Positions 16,654-26,251 of a stretch of DNA of 64,000 bases are shown piece by piece. The stretch's first letter is position 1, and each line of letters starts with the position of its first letter. The notes under the pieces are model-generated. The model did not search any database. It saw nothing but the letters and a program-made list of their open reading frames with translations, and had not been told where the DNA came from. A program made the position numbers and the translations under genes. The DNA is from Candidatus Krumholzibacteriia bacterium (lineage in GTDB: Bacteria; Krumholzibacteriota; Krumholzibacteriia; LZORAL124-64-63): the NCBI GenBank assembly GCA_050174015.1, contig JBFXKG010000008.1:128001-192000 (forward strand). Reading direction: 5' to 3'.

Positions 16654-17972
16654 AGTTCAAGGGCGGCATCCATCCCTCGTACCTGAAGCTGACGGCCGGT
16701 CTGCCCGTCGAGGCCATGCCCCTGCTGGAGCGCTACCTCGTGCCCATCGGCCAGCACATCGGGGCTCCGGGCGACGTCGTGGTCGAGAAGGGGCAGGCCG
16801 TGAAGCGGGGAGAACCGCTGACCCGACCTGCCGGATTCGTCTCGGTTCCCGTCCACGCCCCCACCAGCGGGACGGTGAAGAAGATCGCCGACTTCCCCCA
16901 TCCGGTGGGCAGGCCGCAGATGGCGGTCGAACTCGAAGCCGACGGGCAGGATGCCTGGTGGGAATCGGCGGCGCCGGTGGGCGACTGGCGGACCCTGGCT
17001 CCGGCCGCGCTCAGGGATGCGATCCGGGACGCCGGCATCGTCGGCCTGGGCGGGGCGACCTTCCCCACGCACGTGAAGCTCAGCCCGCCCGAGGACAAGC
17101 CCATCGATCTGCTGGTGGTCAACGGGGCGGAGTGCGAACCCTACCTGACCAGCGACCACCGCATCATGCTCGAGCAGGCGGGCGACGTCTGCGAGGGCGT
17201 GGGGCTGATGATGCGGGTGCTGGGGGTGGACCGGGCGGTGGTCGGCGTCGAGGACAACAAGCCCGACGCCCTGGAGGCCCTGCGCCGCGCCTGCCCTCCC
17301 GACCTCCCGCTGGAGTTCCGCCTCCTGGAAACCAAGTATCCCCAGGGTTCGGAGAAGCACCTGATCTACGCCCTGTGCAAGCGGGAGGTGCCCGCCGGCG
17401 GCCTGCCCATGGACGTGGGCGTGGTGGTGCAGAACGTGGGAACCGCCGCGGCGTGCGTGCAGGCCGTTCGGGACGGCCGCCCCATGACCGAACGCGTGGT
17501 GACGGTCACCGGTTCGGCCGTGAGGGAGCCCCGCAACCTCATGGTCCGGATCGGGACCACCCTGCAGGACGTGCTCGACCACTGCGGCGGGGTGACCGGG
17601 GACCTGGGCAAGGTGATCTACGGCGGGCCCATGATGGGGATTGTCCAGTTCGACCTGGAATGCCCGGTGCTCAAGGGCACCAGCGGCATCCTCTGCCTCA
17701 GGGAGAGCGAGGTCACCCGGTTCGAGGGCAGGCCCTGCATCCGTTGCGGCAACTGCGTCGACGCTTGCCCCATGCTCCTGGTGCCCAGCCGCATGGGCGT
17801 GCTCGTGGAAAGGTCGCGCTGGGAGGATCTGGGGGAGGCGTGCGTGACCGACTGCATCGAGTGCGGCAGCTGCGCCTACGTGTGCCCCTCGCGGCGTCCC
17901 CTGGTCCAGTACTTCAAGCGCGGGAAGCTCGAATGGCGCGCCGTCCAGCGCAGGCAGGATTCCCACGCATGA
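16650..17972 (+). CDS. rnfC: Rnf complex subunit C
   Basis: FKGGIHP, QHIGAP, GLGGATFP, NGAECEPYLT, CIRCG, CIECGSC. Confidence 0.95.
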   Translation: MKFKGGIHPSYLKLTAGLPVEAMPLLERYLVPIGQHIGAPGDVVVEKGQAVKRGEPLTRPAGFVSVPVHAPTSGTVKKIADFPHPVGRPQMAVELEADGQDAWWESAAPVGDWRTLAPAALRDAIRDAGIVGLGGATFPTHVKLSPPEDKPIDLLVVNGAECEPYLTSDHRIMLEQAGDVCEGVGLMMRVLGVDRAVVGVEDNKPDALEALRRACPPDLPLEFRLLETKYPQGSEKHLIYALCKREVPAGGLPMDVGVVVQNVGTAAACVQAVRDGRPMTERVVTVTGSAVREPRNLMVRIGTTLQDVLDHCGGVTGDLGKVIYGGPMMGIVQFDLECPVLKGTSGILCLRESEVTRFEGRPCIRCGNCVDACPMLLVPSRMGVLVERSRWEDLGEACVTDCIECGSCAYVCPSRRPLVQYFKRGKLEWRAVQRRQDSHA

Positions 17973-17991
17973 AACCGCTCGGGAGCAGGGG

Positions 17992-19029
17992 ATGAACACA
18001 TCGGTCAAGGACACGGTCTCGGTCCAGAACCTCATCGTCAGCGCCTCTCCGCACGTGCACGCGGGGCAGGACGTCCGGTCCGTCATGCGGGACGTGCTGC
18101 TCGCCCTGGTCCCCGGAGTCCTGGTCGGCCTGTGGTTCTTCGGGTTGCCTGCGCTGGTGGTCCTGCTCCTGGCCGTGGGCGGCTGCGTGGCCTGCGAGTG
18201 GGCGGCCTGCCGATTGCTGGGACGCAGGTCCACGGTGGGGGATCTGAGCGCCGCGTTGACCGGGGTGCTGCTGGCCATGAACCTCCCCTCGGGCAGCCCC
18301 TGGTGGCTGGTGCTCGTCGGCGCGGTGGTGGCCATCGGCCTGGGCAAGGCCATCTACGGGGGGTTGGGCATGAATCCCTTCAACCCCGCCCTGGTGGCCC
18401 GCGTCTTCCTGCTGATCTCCTTTCCCGTCCAGATGACCCGCTGGGTGGTTCCCCGGGGGCCGGGCACGGGCTTCGACGCCGCGACGGGCGCCACCCCCCT
18501 GGGCGCCGTCAAGGAAGCGATCAGCCTGGGCCGGCCCCTGAACGAGGTCGACCTGCCGGGTACCGGCGATCTGCTGCTGGGGGACATGGGCGGCAGCCTG
18601 GGCGAGGTGGGAGCGGCGGCCCTGCTGCTGGGCGGGCTCTACCTGCTGTGGCGCGGCATCATCCGCTGGCAGATCCCCGTGGGGTTCATCGCGTCCCTCG
18701 TGGTGGTCACCGGGATCGCGCATGCCGCGGCCCCCGACCGCTATCTGCACCCGGTGGTCCACGTTCTCTCCGGCGGCCTGTTCCTGGGCGCGTTCTTCAT
18801 GGCCACCGACATGGTCACCACGCCGGTGACCCGCAGGGGGATGCTCGTGTTCGGGGTGGGTTGCGGGTTGCTGACCGCCGTCATCCGCCTGTGGGGCGGC
18901 TATCCCGAAGGGGTCAGCTTCGCCATCCTGCTGATGAACGCCGTGACGCCGCTGATCGACCGCTCCACCAGGCCGCGCGTGTTCGGCGCCCCGCGCCACG
19001 TCCTGTTCAGCGTCCGGAGGGGGTCATGA
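17992..19029 (+). CDS. rnfD: Rnf complex subunit D
   Basis: GGLG.NPFNPA, DAATGATPL (FMN site), FFMATD. Confidence 0.95.
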   Translation: MNTSVKDTVSVQNLIVSASPHVHAGQDVRSVMRDVLLALVPGVLVGLWFFGLPALVVLLLAVGGCVACEWAACRLLGRRSTVGDLSAALTGVLLAMNLPSGSPWWLVLVGAVVAIGLGKAIYGGLGMNPFNPALVARVFLLISFPVQMTRWVVPRGPGTGFDAATGATPLGAVKEAISLGRPLNEVDLPGTGDLLLGDMGGSLGEVGAAALLLGGLYLLWRGIIRWQIPVGFIASLVVVTGIAHAAAPDRYLHPVVHVLSGGLFLGAFFMATDMVTTPVTRRGMLVFGVGCGLLTAVIRLWGGYPEGVSFAILLMNAVTPLIDRSTRPRVFGAPRHVLFSVRRGS

Positions 19030-19610
19030 AGGAGCCGTTGAACCTCGCCCTGCGCCTGGGGCTCATCTGCGCCGTGGCCGCCCTGGCCCTGACCCGGGTG
19101 GACGCCTTCACGCGGGAACCCATCGCCCTGGCCGAGGCCCGCGCCCGGCGCGAAGCCGTGGCCGCGGTCCTGCCGCCCTTCACCGAACTGGTGGCCGACA
19201 CCCTGCGGCCCGGGGAGGCCGACCAGACCCTCTACTACACGGGGATGGGCCCCGACGGGCCCGTGGGAACGGCCCTGGTGACCGCCAGCGGTCTGGGCTA
19301 TTCCGGCCTGATCGAGCTGATGCTGGGGCTGGATGCCGAGGGCGACGTCAACGGCGTGCGGGTGCTCCGTCACGCCGAGACGCCGGGCCTTGGCGCCAAT
19401 TACGCCGCGCCCGAGCTGCTGGACCGCTTCTACAAGGGTCGGCCCGGCGGGGGCGAGTGGAAGGTGACCAAGGACGGCGGTCCGGTGGATGCGGTGACGG
19501 GGGCGACGGTCACCGGCAGGGCCATCTGCGACGCCATCGACCGCGGTTGGGATCGCTGGTCGCGGGACCGGGACCGGCTGGGCGCCCAGGGCAAGAAGGA
19601 GACTCCATGA
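19026..19610 (+). CDS. rnfG: Rnf complex subunit G
   Basis: GYSG, ETPGLG, DAVTGATVT. Confidence 0.92.
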   Translation: MKEPLNLALRLGLICAVAALALTRVDAFTREPIALAEARARREAVAAVLPPFTELVADTLRPGEADQTLYYTGMGPDGPVGTALVTASGLGYSGLIELMLGLDAEGDVNGVRVLRHAETPGLGANYAAPELLDRFYKGRPGGGEWKVTKDGGPVDAVTGATVTGRAICDAIDRGWDRWSRDRDRLGAQGKKETP

Positions 19611-20290
19611 CGGCGACGGCGGTCTTTTTCCGGGGACTCTGGCAGGAGAACCCCATCTTCCGCCTGCTGCTGGGGCTGTGCCCCACGCTGGCGGTCACCA
19701 CCAGCGTGGTCAACGGGCTGGGGATGGGGCTGGCCTCGACCTTCGTCCTGCTGTGCAGCAACACCATGATCTCGCTTCTGCGCGGGTTCATCCCCAGGAA
19801 GGTGCGGATCCCCGCCTACATCGTGGTGATCGCCTCGTTCGTGACCATCGTCGACCTGGTCATGCACGGTTTCCTTTTTGAACTGCACCGCAGCCTGGGC
19901 CTGTTCATCCCCCTGATCGTGGTCAACTGCATCATCCTCGGCCGGGCCGAGGCGTTCGCCAGCCGCAACCCCCTGCGCCTCTCGGTGCTCGACGGTCTGG
20001 GCATGGGTCTGGGCTTCACGGCCGGGCTGGCGGTTCTGGGCGGGGTCCGCGAGCTGCTGGGTTCGGGCAGCCTGCTGGGGATTCCGGTCCTGGGCGCGGA
20101 CTATCCGCCGGCCCTGGTGATGATCCTGCCGCCGGGGGCCTTCCTGACCCTGGGCCTGCTGCTGGCGGGGATGAACAAGCTGGAACAGCGGCGGGCCATC
20201 GGGGCGGGGGAGGCCTACGCCCCTCCGCGGGAGATGGATTGCGGCAACTGCGTGCTGTGCAACCTCGGGGAGAACCTCCGCTCGGAGTGA
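19607..20290 (+). CDS. rnfE: Rnf complex subunit E
   Basis: ENP...LGLCPTLAVT, PLIVVNCIILGRAE, PPGAF. Confidence 0.95.
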   Translation: MTATAVFFRGLWQENPIFRLLLGLCPTLAVTTSVVNGLGMGLASTFVLLCSNTMISLLRGFIPRKVRIPAYIVVIASFVTIVDLVMHGFLFELHRSLGLFIPLIVVNCIILGRAEAFASRNPLRLSVLDGLGMGLGFTAGLAVLGGVRELLGSGSLLGIPVLGADYPPALVMILPPGAFLTLGLLLAGMNKLEQRRAIGAGEAYAPPREMDCGNCVLCNLGENLRSE

Positions 20291-20308
20291 CCTCACCGGT
20301 CCGCCGGC

Positions 20309-20827
20309 CTAGACGATGTTGCCTTGACGCCGCTGGGAATCGTCCCCGCGGGCGAGGCGTTCGGCGAACACCCGCATCTCGTACATCTGATCCATGGTCA
20401 AACCCTGCCCGATGACGGCCGCCCCGTAGACGAAGCCCGCCACACCCAGACAGACAGGGACCGCGATGATGGCCCAGGGGGTCTCGTGGACCGTCAGCTG
20501 GGCCAGCCCGAACACCAGACAGCCCAGGGCGATCATCCCCAGCACCCCGTAGACGGCCATGAACCCCGTCCAGACGGCCGGATGGGGAGTGAAACGGCCG
20601 CGCAGGGTGCACTCGCCCTCGTCGTCGACCAGCTGGAGATTCAGGTAGGGCGACAGCAGGGAGCGCTGGTCCGGCGGCAGCTGGATGTAGGCGTGCCGGT
20701 TGAGGACCTGACCGACGTAGGGCCCGCTGCCGGCCGTCAGGTAGGCCTTCAGGCGGGCGAAGACGTCCCTGGCCTCGCCCTGGCAGGGCAGGATGAATTC
20801 AGGTCGCATGCGGGGCCGCAAGGCCAT
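20309..20827 (-). CDS. Hypothetical membrane protein (2 TM)
   Basis: GGAGG RBS; SPYLNL..RGRFTPHP followed by two TM helices. Confidence 0.7.
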   Translation of the reverse strand: MALRPRMRPEFILPCQGEARDVFARLKAYLTAGSGPYVGQVLNRHAYIQLPPDQRSLLSPYLNLQLVDDEGECTLRGRFTPHPAVWTGFMAVYGVLGMIALGCLVFGLAQLTVHETPWAIIAVPVCLGVAGFVYGAAVIGQGLTMDQMYEMRVFAERLARGDDSQRRQGNIV

Positions 20828-20996
20828 GAGGCGTCCTCCCGGGATCTGGAACTTCCTGATCGAAAGCAATAACCTATAATCATACTAGGAAATTTGTGCC
20901 AGCCGCGGGATCTTACATCCGATCCCGGGGTGACGGATGAGGATCGCGCAGCTATCGTGGCCGGATCCACCCGAACCCAGGAATGGCGGAGCGAGC

Positions 20997-22406
20997 TTGA
21001 GCCCTGAATCAGACGGCACCGCGGACGGCCTGCCCGGCGACGACCTGACCACCGCGCCCATCCCCCAACTCGTGCGCAGGCTGGCCATCCCCGCTTCCGT
21101 GGGCTTCTTCTTCAACACCATGTACAACGTGGTGGACACGTACTTCGCCGGGCGCTGGTCGACCGACGCCCTCGCGGCCCTCTCCTTGAGCTTCCCGGTC
21201 TTCTTCATCCTCATCGCCATGGGTTCGGGGTTCTCCACGGGGGCGACCGCCCTGATCGGGGACGCCCTGGGCCGCCGGGATCGCCCGGCCGCCGCCGCGG
21301 TCGCCGCCCAGGGCCTGGTGCTGGGCCTGCTGGCGACCCTCGTCATCATGGTGGTGGGTTACGCCTCGGCGCCCTCCCTGTACCGGATGCTGGGAGCGGA
21401 GGAGGAGTACCTCGACCTGTGCCTCTCCTACCTCCACGTCATCCTGGCGGGGTCCGGATTCATCCTGACGTTCTACATGTTCAACGGCATCCTCAACGCC
21501 CAGGGCGACACCCGCGCCTTCCGGGACTACCTCATCGCCGCCACCGTCGCGAACGTCATCATGGACCCCTGGTTCATGTACGGCGGTCTGGGATTGCCGG
21601 CCATGGGGGTGCCGGGCATCGCCCTGGCCACGATCATCGCCCAGGCCGGCGGGGTCGTGTTCCTGGGCCGCCGGGCCCGGCGGACCGGCCTGCTGTGGCG
21701 GTCGACCGGCGCCCGCTGGCGGCCTGACGGGGCCATCCTGCGCGCCATCGCCGCCCAGGGGGTTCCCGCAAGCCTGAACATGATGACCGTGGCGATCGGC
21801 ATCTTCGTGATCACGTACTACCTCAGCGCCTTCGGGCAGGATGCGGTCGCCGCCTACGGTGCGGCCACCCGCATCGAGCAGATCATCCTGCTGCCCGCCC
21901 TGGGGTTGAACGTGGCCGCCCTGACCCTGGCCGCCCAGAACGGGGGCGCCCGGCGGTTCGACCGGGTCCGCTCCACCGTCCGCACCTGCCTGGCCTACGG
22001 GATGCTGGTGGTCCTGGTGGGATCCACCCTCATGTTCCTCGGCGCCGACTGGCTGATGGCGCGCTTCACGGATTCCGCAGCGGTCGTGGCCATCGGCGGC
22101 CACTACCTGCGGATCGCCGCCTTCATCGAGTTCGCCTACGTGCTGCTGTTCGTCAACCTCTCGGTGCTCCAGGGCCTGAAGCTGCCCATCTTCGCCCTGT
22201 GGATCGGCCTCGGCAGACAGATCCTGGCTCCGGTGATCCTGTTCACCCTGGCCACGAGGGTCTGGAATCTGGGCCTGGACGGGGTCTGGTGGTCCATCTT
22301 CGGGATCACCTGGACCGCGGCCCTGGTGGCGGTCGCCTTCGCCCTGAGGAAGGTGGACGTCCTGGCCTCCCGGCCCGGCCCCGGTGGCGAGGGAGGTGGG
22401 CCATGA
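20997..22406 (+). CDS. MATE family efflux transporter
   Basis: LAIPAS..YNVVDTYFAG, GDTR, NVIMDP; start uncertain. Confidence 0.9.
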   Translation: MSPESDGTADGLPGDDLTTAPIPQLVRRLAIPASVGFFFNTMYNVVDTYFAGRWSTDALAALSLSFPVFFILIAMGSGFSTGATALIGDALGRRDRPAAAAVAAQGLVLGLLATLVIMVVGYASAPSLYRMLGAEEEYLDLCLSYLHVILAGSGFILTFYMFNGILNAQGDTRAFRDYLIAATVANVIMDPWFMYGGLGLPAMGVPGIALATIIAQAGGVVFLGRRARRTGLLWRSTGARWRPDGAILRAIAAQGVPASLNMMTVAIGIFVITYYLSAFGQDAVAAYGAATRIEQIILLPALGLNVAALTLAAQNGGARRFDRVRSTVRTCLAYGMLVVLVGSTLMFLGADWLMARFTDSAAVVAIGGHYLRIAAFIEFAYVLLFVNLSVLQGLKLPIFALWIGLGRQILAPVILFTLATRVWNLGLDGVWWSIFGITWTAALVAVAFALRKVDVLASRPGPGGEGGGP

Positions 22407-24013
22407 ACCTCGCCGGATCCCGGTGGACCCTCCCGATCGGTTCGGCCGTCCTGGTGACCGGGGTCCTGGCGGGCCTGCGGCCGGCCGTCGCGGCGCTCTG
22501 GCCCACCCTGCTCGCCCTGGGGGTGATCCTGGCCACGCGCAGCGCCCTGTCCGGCCTGCTGGCCGGCGCCCTGGCGGGAGCCGTCATCCTCGAGGGTGGC
22601 GATCCGGTGGGGGCCGTCGTCCTGCTGGCGAGGGATCACTTCTGGTCAGGGTTGTCCAGCCCCTGGAAGTCGGGAGCCATCGTCTTCACGATCCTCCTGG
22701 GCGGCTTCGCGGCGGTCCTGGAGGCGGGAGGGGGACCCGAACGGTTGCTGCGGCGGTGGGCGGGGGACGGAGGCGACCGCCGGCGCAGGGTGGAAACCGC
22801 CGCGATGGGGCTGGGCCTGGTCCTGTTCTTCGACGGGCTCGCCAACAGCATGGTGGTGGGCAGGGTGGCCCGCCCCCTCGCCGACCTCGCGGGGGTGGCG
22901 CGGGTCAAGCTGGCCTACATCGTCGATTCCACATCCTCGGCCGTGGCGTGCGTGGCCCTGATCTCCACCTGGATCGCCTTCCAGCTGGGGATGATCACCG
23001 AGGCCTTCGCCCTGGCCGGCCGGCAGGTCAATCCTTACGGGGTGTTCCTGGCCTCCCTGCCCTACAACTTCTACTGCTGGTTCACCCTGGTCCTTCTGGC
23101 GGTGGCGGTCCGGCGGGGCTTCCATCCGGGGCCCATGGGAGGGCACTGCCGCCGGGCCGGGCCGCAGGCCGCGGCCGTCCGCGACGGCGGTTCGTCGGCC
23201 GGGGAGCGGGAAGGGGGTCTCGCCTCCGCCGCGGTTCCCCTGGTCGTCCTTCTGGCCGCCTTCTTCCTGGGGTTCCTGGTCCTGGGTTCGCCCCGGCCCC
23301 TGCTTCCCCTCAGCCGGGACAAGCTGGTCGCGTCCTTCGGCTCGGACGCCGGACCGGTGGTCATGACGGCGGCGGCCGCCCTGGCCCTGGCGACGGCGAT
23401 GGCCCTGTTCCCGGGACGGCGGGACGGACGCCTCCGTCCGGCAGGGCAGGCCGCACTCGGGGGGATGCGGGGGATGCTCGAGCCGGTCCTGATCCTGCTG
23501 GCGGCCTGGCTCCTGGGCGGAGTCATGGGGGATCTGGGCACGGCGGACCTGCTGGCCCGCGCCGCAGGGGGAATCGCCATCCTGGGCCTGTACCCCACGG
23601 CGACGTTCCTGGTCGGAGCTGTGGTGTCCTTCAGCACGGGCACCAGCTGGGGCACCATGGGACTGCTGTTCCCCTTGACCGTCCCGGCTGCAGCCTCGCT
23701 CGGAGCCGACGAGCACGGCCTGGTCCTGGTGGTGGCGGCGGTGTTCAGCGGGGCCGTCTTCGGAGATCATTGCTCCCCCTTCAGCGACACGACCATCGTC
23801 ACCTCCATCTCCTGCGGCGTGACGCCCGACGACCACGTCCGCACCCAGCTGCCCTACGCGCTGTTGACCGCGGCGGCGGCGATCGTCCTGGGCTTCCTGC
23901 CGGCGGGATTCGGGGCTTCCGCCTGGATCCTGCTGCCCCTGGGCGTACTCGTCCTGGTCCTGCTGCCGGGCCTGATCCCCGCGGGAATTGCCGGGCGGGA
24001 CCGGATTCCGTAA
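22403..24013 (+). CDS. Na+/H+ antiporter NhaC family protein
   Basis: KLAYIVDSTSS, FSTGTSWGT, GAVFGDHCSPFSDTT, HVRTQLPY. Confidence 0.9.
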   Translation: MNLAGSRWTLPIGSAVLVTGVLAGLRPAVAALWPTLLALGVILATRSALSGLLAGALAGAVILEGGDPVGAVVLLARDHFWSGLSSPWKSGAIVFTILLGGFAAVLEAGGGPERLLRRWAGDGGDRRRRVETAAMGLGLVLFFDGLANSMVVGRVARPLADLAGVARVKLAYIVDSTSSAVACVALISTWIAFQLGMITEAFALAGRQVNPYGVFLASLPYNFYCWFTLVLLAVAVRRGFHPGPMGGHCRRAGPQAAAVRDGGSSAGEREGGLASAAVPLVVLLAAFFLGFLVLGSPRPLLPLSRDKLVASFGSDAGPVVMTAAAALALATAMALFPGRRDGRLRPAGQAALGGMRGMLEPVLILLAAWLLGGVMGDLGTADLLARAAGGIAILGLYPTATFLVGAVVSFSTGTSWGTMGLLFPLTVPAAASLGADEHGLVLVVAAVFSGAVFGDHCSPFSDTTIVTSISCGVTPDDHVRTQLPYALLTAAAAIVLGFLPAGFGASAWILLPLGVLVLVLLPGLIPAGIAGRDRIP

Positions 24014-24103
24014 GCTGAGGGCGTTCGGCCGGGAAGCCGCCACCGGGAAGGGGGCCCTGCGGCGGCCGGCGACGTCCTGCCCCCGTGAGGATGCTGGACT
24101 CCA

Positions 24104-26176
24104 TTGAAAATTCGCGGTTCTTTGTCCCAGGTCCTCTGGTCCCTCGCCGTCTGGGGAATCCTGGGGGCGGGCGGGTGCGCGGAGGACCCCGGGCGCCCCG
24201 ATGCGGGCGGAGCCGTCCTGGACATCCGGTGCCTGCCCCTGGGGCTGGGCGCTCCCTGGACCCTCGAACAGCCGGGAGGACGGGTCTCCGTCGGCTACGG
24301 GGACACCACGCTGGCCGGACTGGCTCCTGGTGATCATCGCCTCGCCTGGTCCCGCGTCCCCAGCTGGATCAGCCCGGACCCCGACACCCTCGCGGTCCGG
24401 CTCGCCTCGGGCAGCCGGGATTCCCTGGTGGGCCGCTACCGCCAACCCCAGGCCGGAACCGCGGTCCTGCACCTCCTGCCCCATCCCCCCGAACTGCAGG
24501 CCCCCTGGTTCCTGGACCGGGGCGACGGCTGGACCAGGCAGGGAACGGGCGAGGCCAGGTTCGAGGGACTGGAGGCCGGGGCCTATTCGTTGTTCTGGGG
24601 ATACGTCGCGGGTTACTACCTGCCGCCCGGCGGGTTCCGGCAGGTCGAACTGGCGCCTGGCTCCTCGGTGACCGCCGCGGGAATCTACCGGCAGGAATCG
24701 CTGCCGTCGGGAACCCTGGTCATCGACGCCGAACCCGACCACCTCTTCGCTCCCTGGGAACTCCGGGGGCCGGACGACCAGGTCTACCTCGGGCAGGGGG
24801 ACGCGACCTTCTACGGCATGGCCGCCGGAAGCTACGTCCTGGAGTGGGGGGATGGGGGAGTGTGGGGGCGCCCCCGCGTGGGCTCGCCCACCGGACTGCT
24901 GATCGCCAACCAGGTCCTCAGCTTCGGCGGGGACTACCTGTCCCCCGACGTGCCGGAGGTCCCGGGGCTCCTGGTTGGAAACGGGCCCATGGCGGGCGAG
25001 GTCGTCGTATCCTGGGATTCCGTCGACAACTCCCTGGACCCCATCGCGTGGTACGACGTGGCCGCCGATCCCGACGGGCCCCTCACCACCGGGACCTTCG
25101 CCTCGGCCCGGCTTCTCGGCTCCTTCCCCCACGCGGGTCTCCACACCCGTTACGAGCAGGTCTTCGGCCCCGCCGACGGCCTGGAGACCGGCAGGCGCTA
25201 CTGGTTCGCCGTCCGGGCCAGGGACGGGAACGACCGGGCTTCGCCCGTGACGGAATCCCCGGACCATCTGGTGAGCAGAGGCTGGCATCTCTCCGGCGTG
25301 GTCCGCGATCACCGGGGCGAACCCGTGGCGGGGGTTCCCCTGGAGGTGGTCTCCATGGGCGGGGAAGGCCCGGCCCTGCGGGCCTGGTCGCAGGCGGACG
25401 GCTCGTTCCTGTCGCCCCTGCTGCTGTCCTTCGATCCGGTCGGCGTGGTCACGGACGCGGCGGAATCCCATCCCGGACTGTATTACGACGTCCGGATCGA
25501 GGGTCTGGACTGGGACGGCCAGGACCGCCTGGACATCACCCTGGTTCCCCGCCACCGGCTGGACGACGCCTGCAGCGAGTTCGACCACGACTTCCTGACC
25601 TACCTGCGGGGGATGACCAACACCACCAATCCCACCAACAACCGGCCCGACACCCGGCTGTGGAAGTGGGAGTCGTACCCCCTGAAGGTCTTCGTGCCCC
25701 CCGCGACCGGGACGACGGGCCTGGACCTTGCGGATCTCTGCCGGGAGATGCCCCCCGTCTGGAACCTGCACCTGGAGCAGGAGGTCTTCGTCATGACCGA
25801 CCGGCCCGATTCGGCGCAGGTCGTCTTCCGGTTCGACGACGACCTGCCCCAGTTGAACGGGCAGGTTTCGGTGGTGCTGCCCGAGGGCGGTCACTTCATC
25901 GGGGACGTCGTCCCGGAAAGGTTGGAGGTCTACGTCAACTCCACCATGGGCATCGCCCGGAGGGTCCAGGAGGTCGCCCTGCACGAGCTCGGCCACGTGC
26001 TGGGGATCGCGGACCATTCCCAGTGTTCGGACGCCGGCTACCTGATGTACATCAGCAGCAGCGGGGCCCTGGACCGCGGGATCGAGGCGGCGATCCACCC
26101 GGACGAGAAGGCCCTGGCGTGGACAATCATCAACATGCCGCAGGGTTTCGACATGGCGGATTACCTGCCGGAATGA
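24104..26176 (+). CDS. Lipoprotein with three beta repeats, FN3-like domain and C-terminal matrixin-like metalloprotease
   Basis: Lipobox AGGC; HELGHVLGIADH zincin motif plus LM Met-turn; repeats like those of the S8 proteins. Confidence 0.8.
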   Translation: MKIRGSLSQVLWSLAVWGILGAGGCAEDPGRPDAGGAVLDIRCLPLGLGAPWTLEQPGGRVSVGYGDTTLAGLAPGDHRLAWSRVPSWISPDPDTLAVRLASGSRDSLVGRYRQPQAGTAVLHLLPHPPELQAPWFLDRGDGWTRQGTGEARFEGLEAGAYSLFWGYVAGYYLPPGGFRQVELAPGSSVTAAGIYRQESLPSGTLVIDAEPDHLFAPWELRGPDDQVYLGQGDATFYGMAAGSYVLEWGDGGVWGRPRVGSPTGLLIANQVLSFGGDYLSPDVPEVPGLLVGNGPMAGEVVVSWDSVDNSLDPIAWYDVAADPDGPLTTGTFASARLLGSFPHAGLHTRYEQVFGPADGLETGRRYWFAVRARDGNDRASPVTESPDHLVSRGWHLSGVVRDHRGEPVAGVPLEVVSMGGEGPALRAWSQADGSFLSPLLLSFDPVGVVTDAAESHPGLYYDVRIEGLDWDGQDRLDITLVPRHRLDDACSEFDHDFLTYLRGMTNTTNPTNNRPDTRLWKWESYPLKVFVPPATGTTGLDLADLCREMPPVWNLHLEQEVFVMTDRPDSAQVVFRFDDDLPQLNGQVSVVLPEGGHFIGDVVPERLEVYVNSTMGIARRVQEVALHELGHVLGIADHSQCSDAGYLMYISSSGALDRGIEAAIHPDEKALAWTIINMPQGFDMADYLPE

Positions 26177-26194
26177 CGGTGGTTCCCGGGAGAA

Positions 26195-26228
26195 ACGAGG
26201 CGGGGCTCCCCAGGGAGCCCCGCCTCGT
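26195..26228. terminator. Hairpin between convergent genes
   Basis: ACGAGGCGGGGCTCCC-CA-GGGAGCCCCGCCTCGT. Confidence 0.7.
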
Positions 26229-26251
26229 CGTTCGGTCGGGATGCTTCCGGA

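Noticed and set aside
20237..20262. CxxCxxC at the RnfE C-terminus
   Set aside because: Cys-rich tails occur on other RnfE proteins; not considered novel.
22646..26098. Very long antisense/alternative-frame ORFs (also 42578-46492, 46556-50611, 30548-33238, 38388-40625, etc.)
   Set aside because: Shadow frames of real genes caused by high-GC codon bias.
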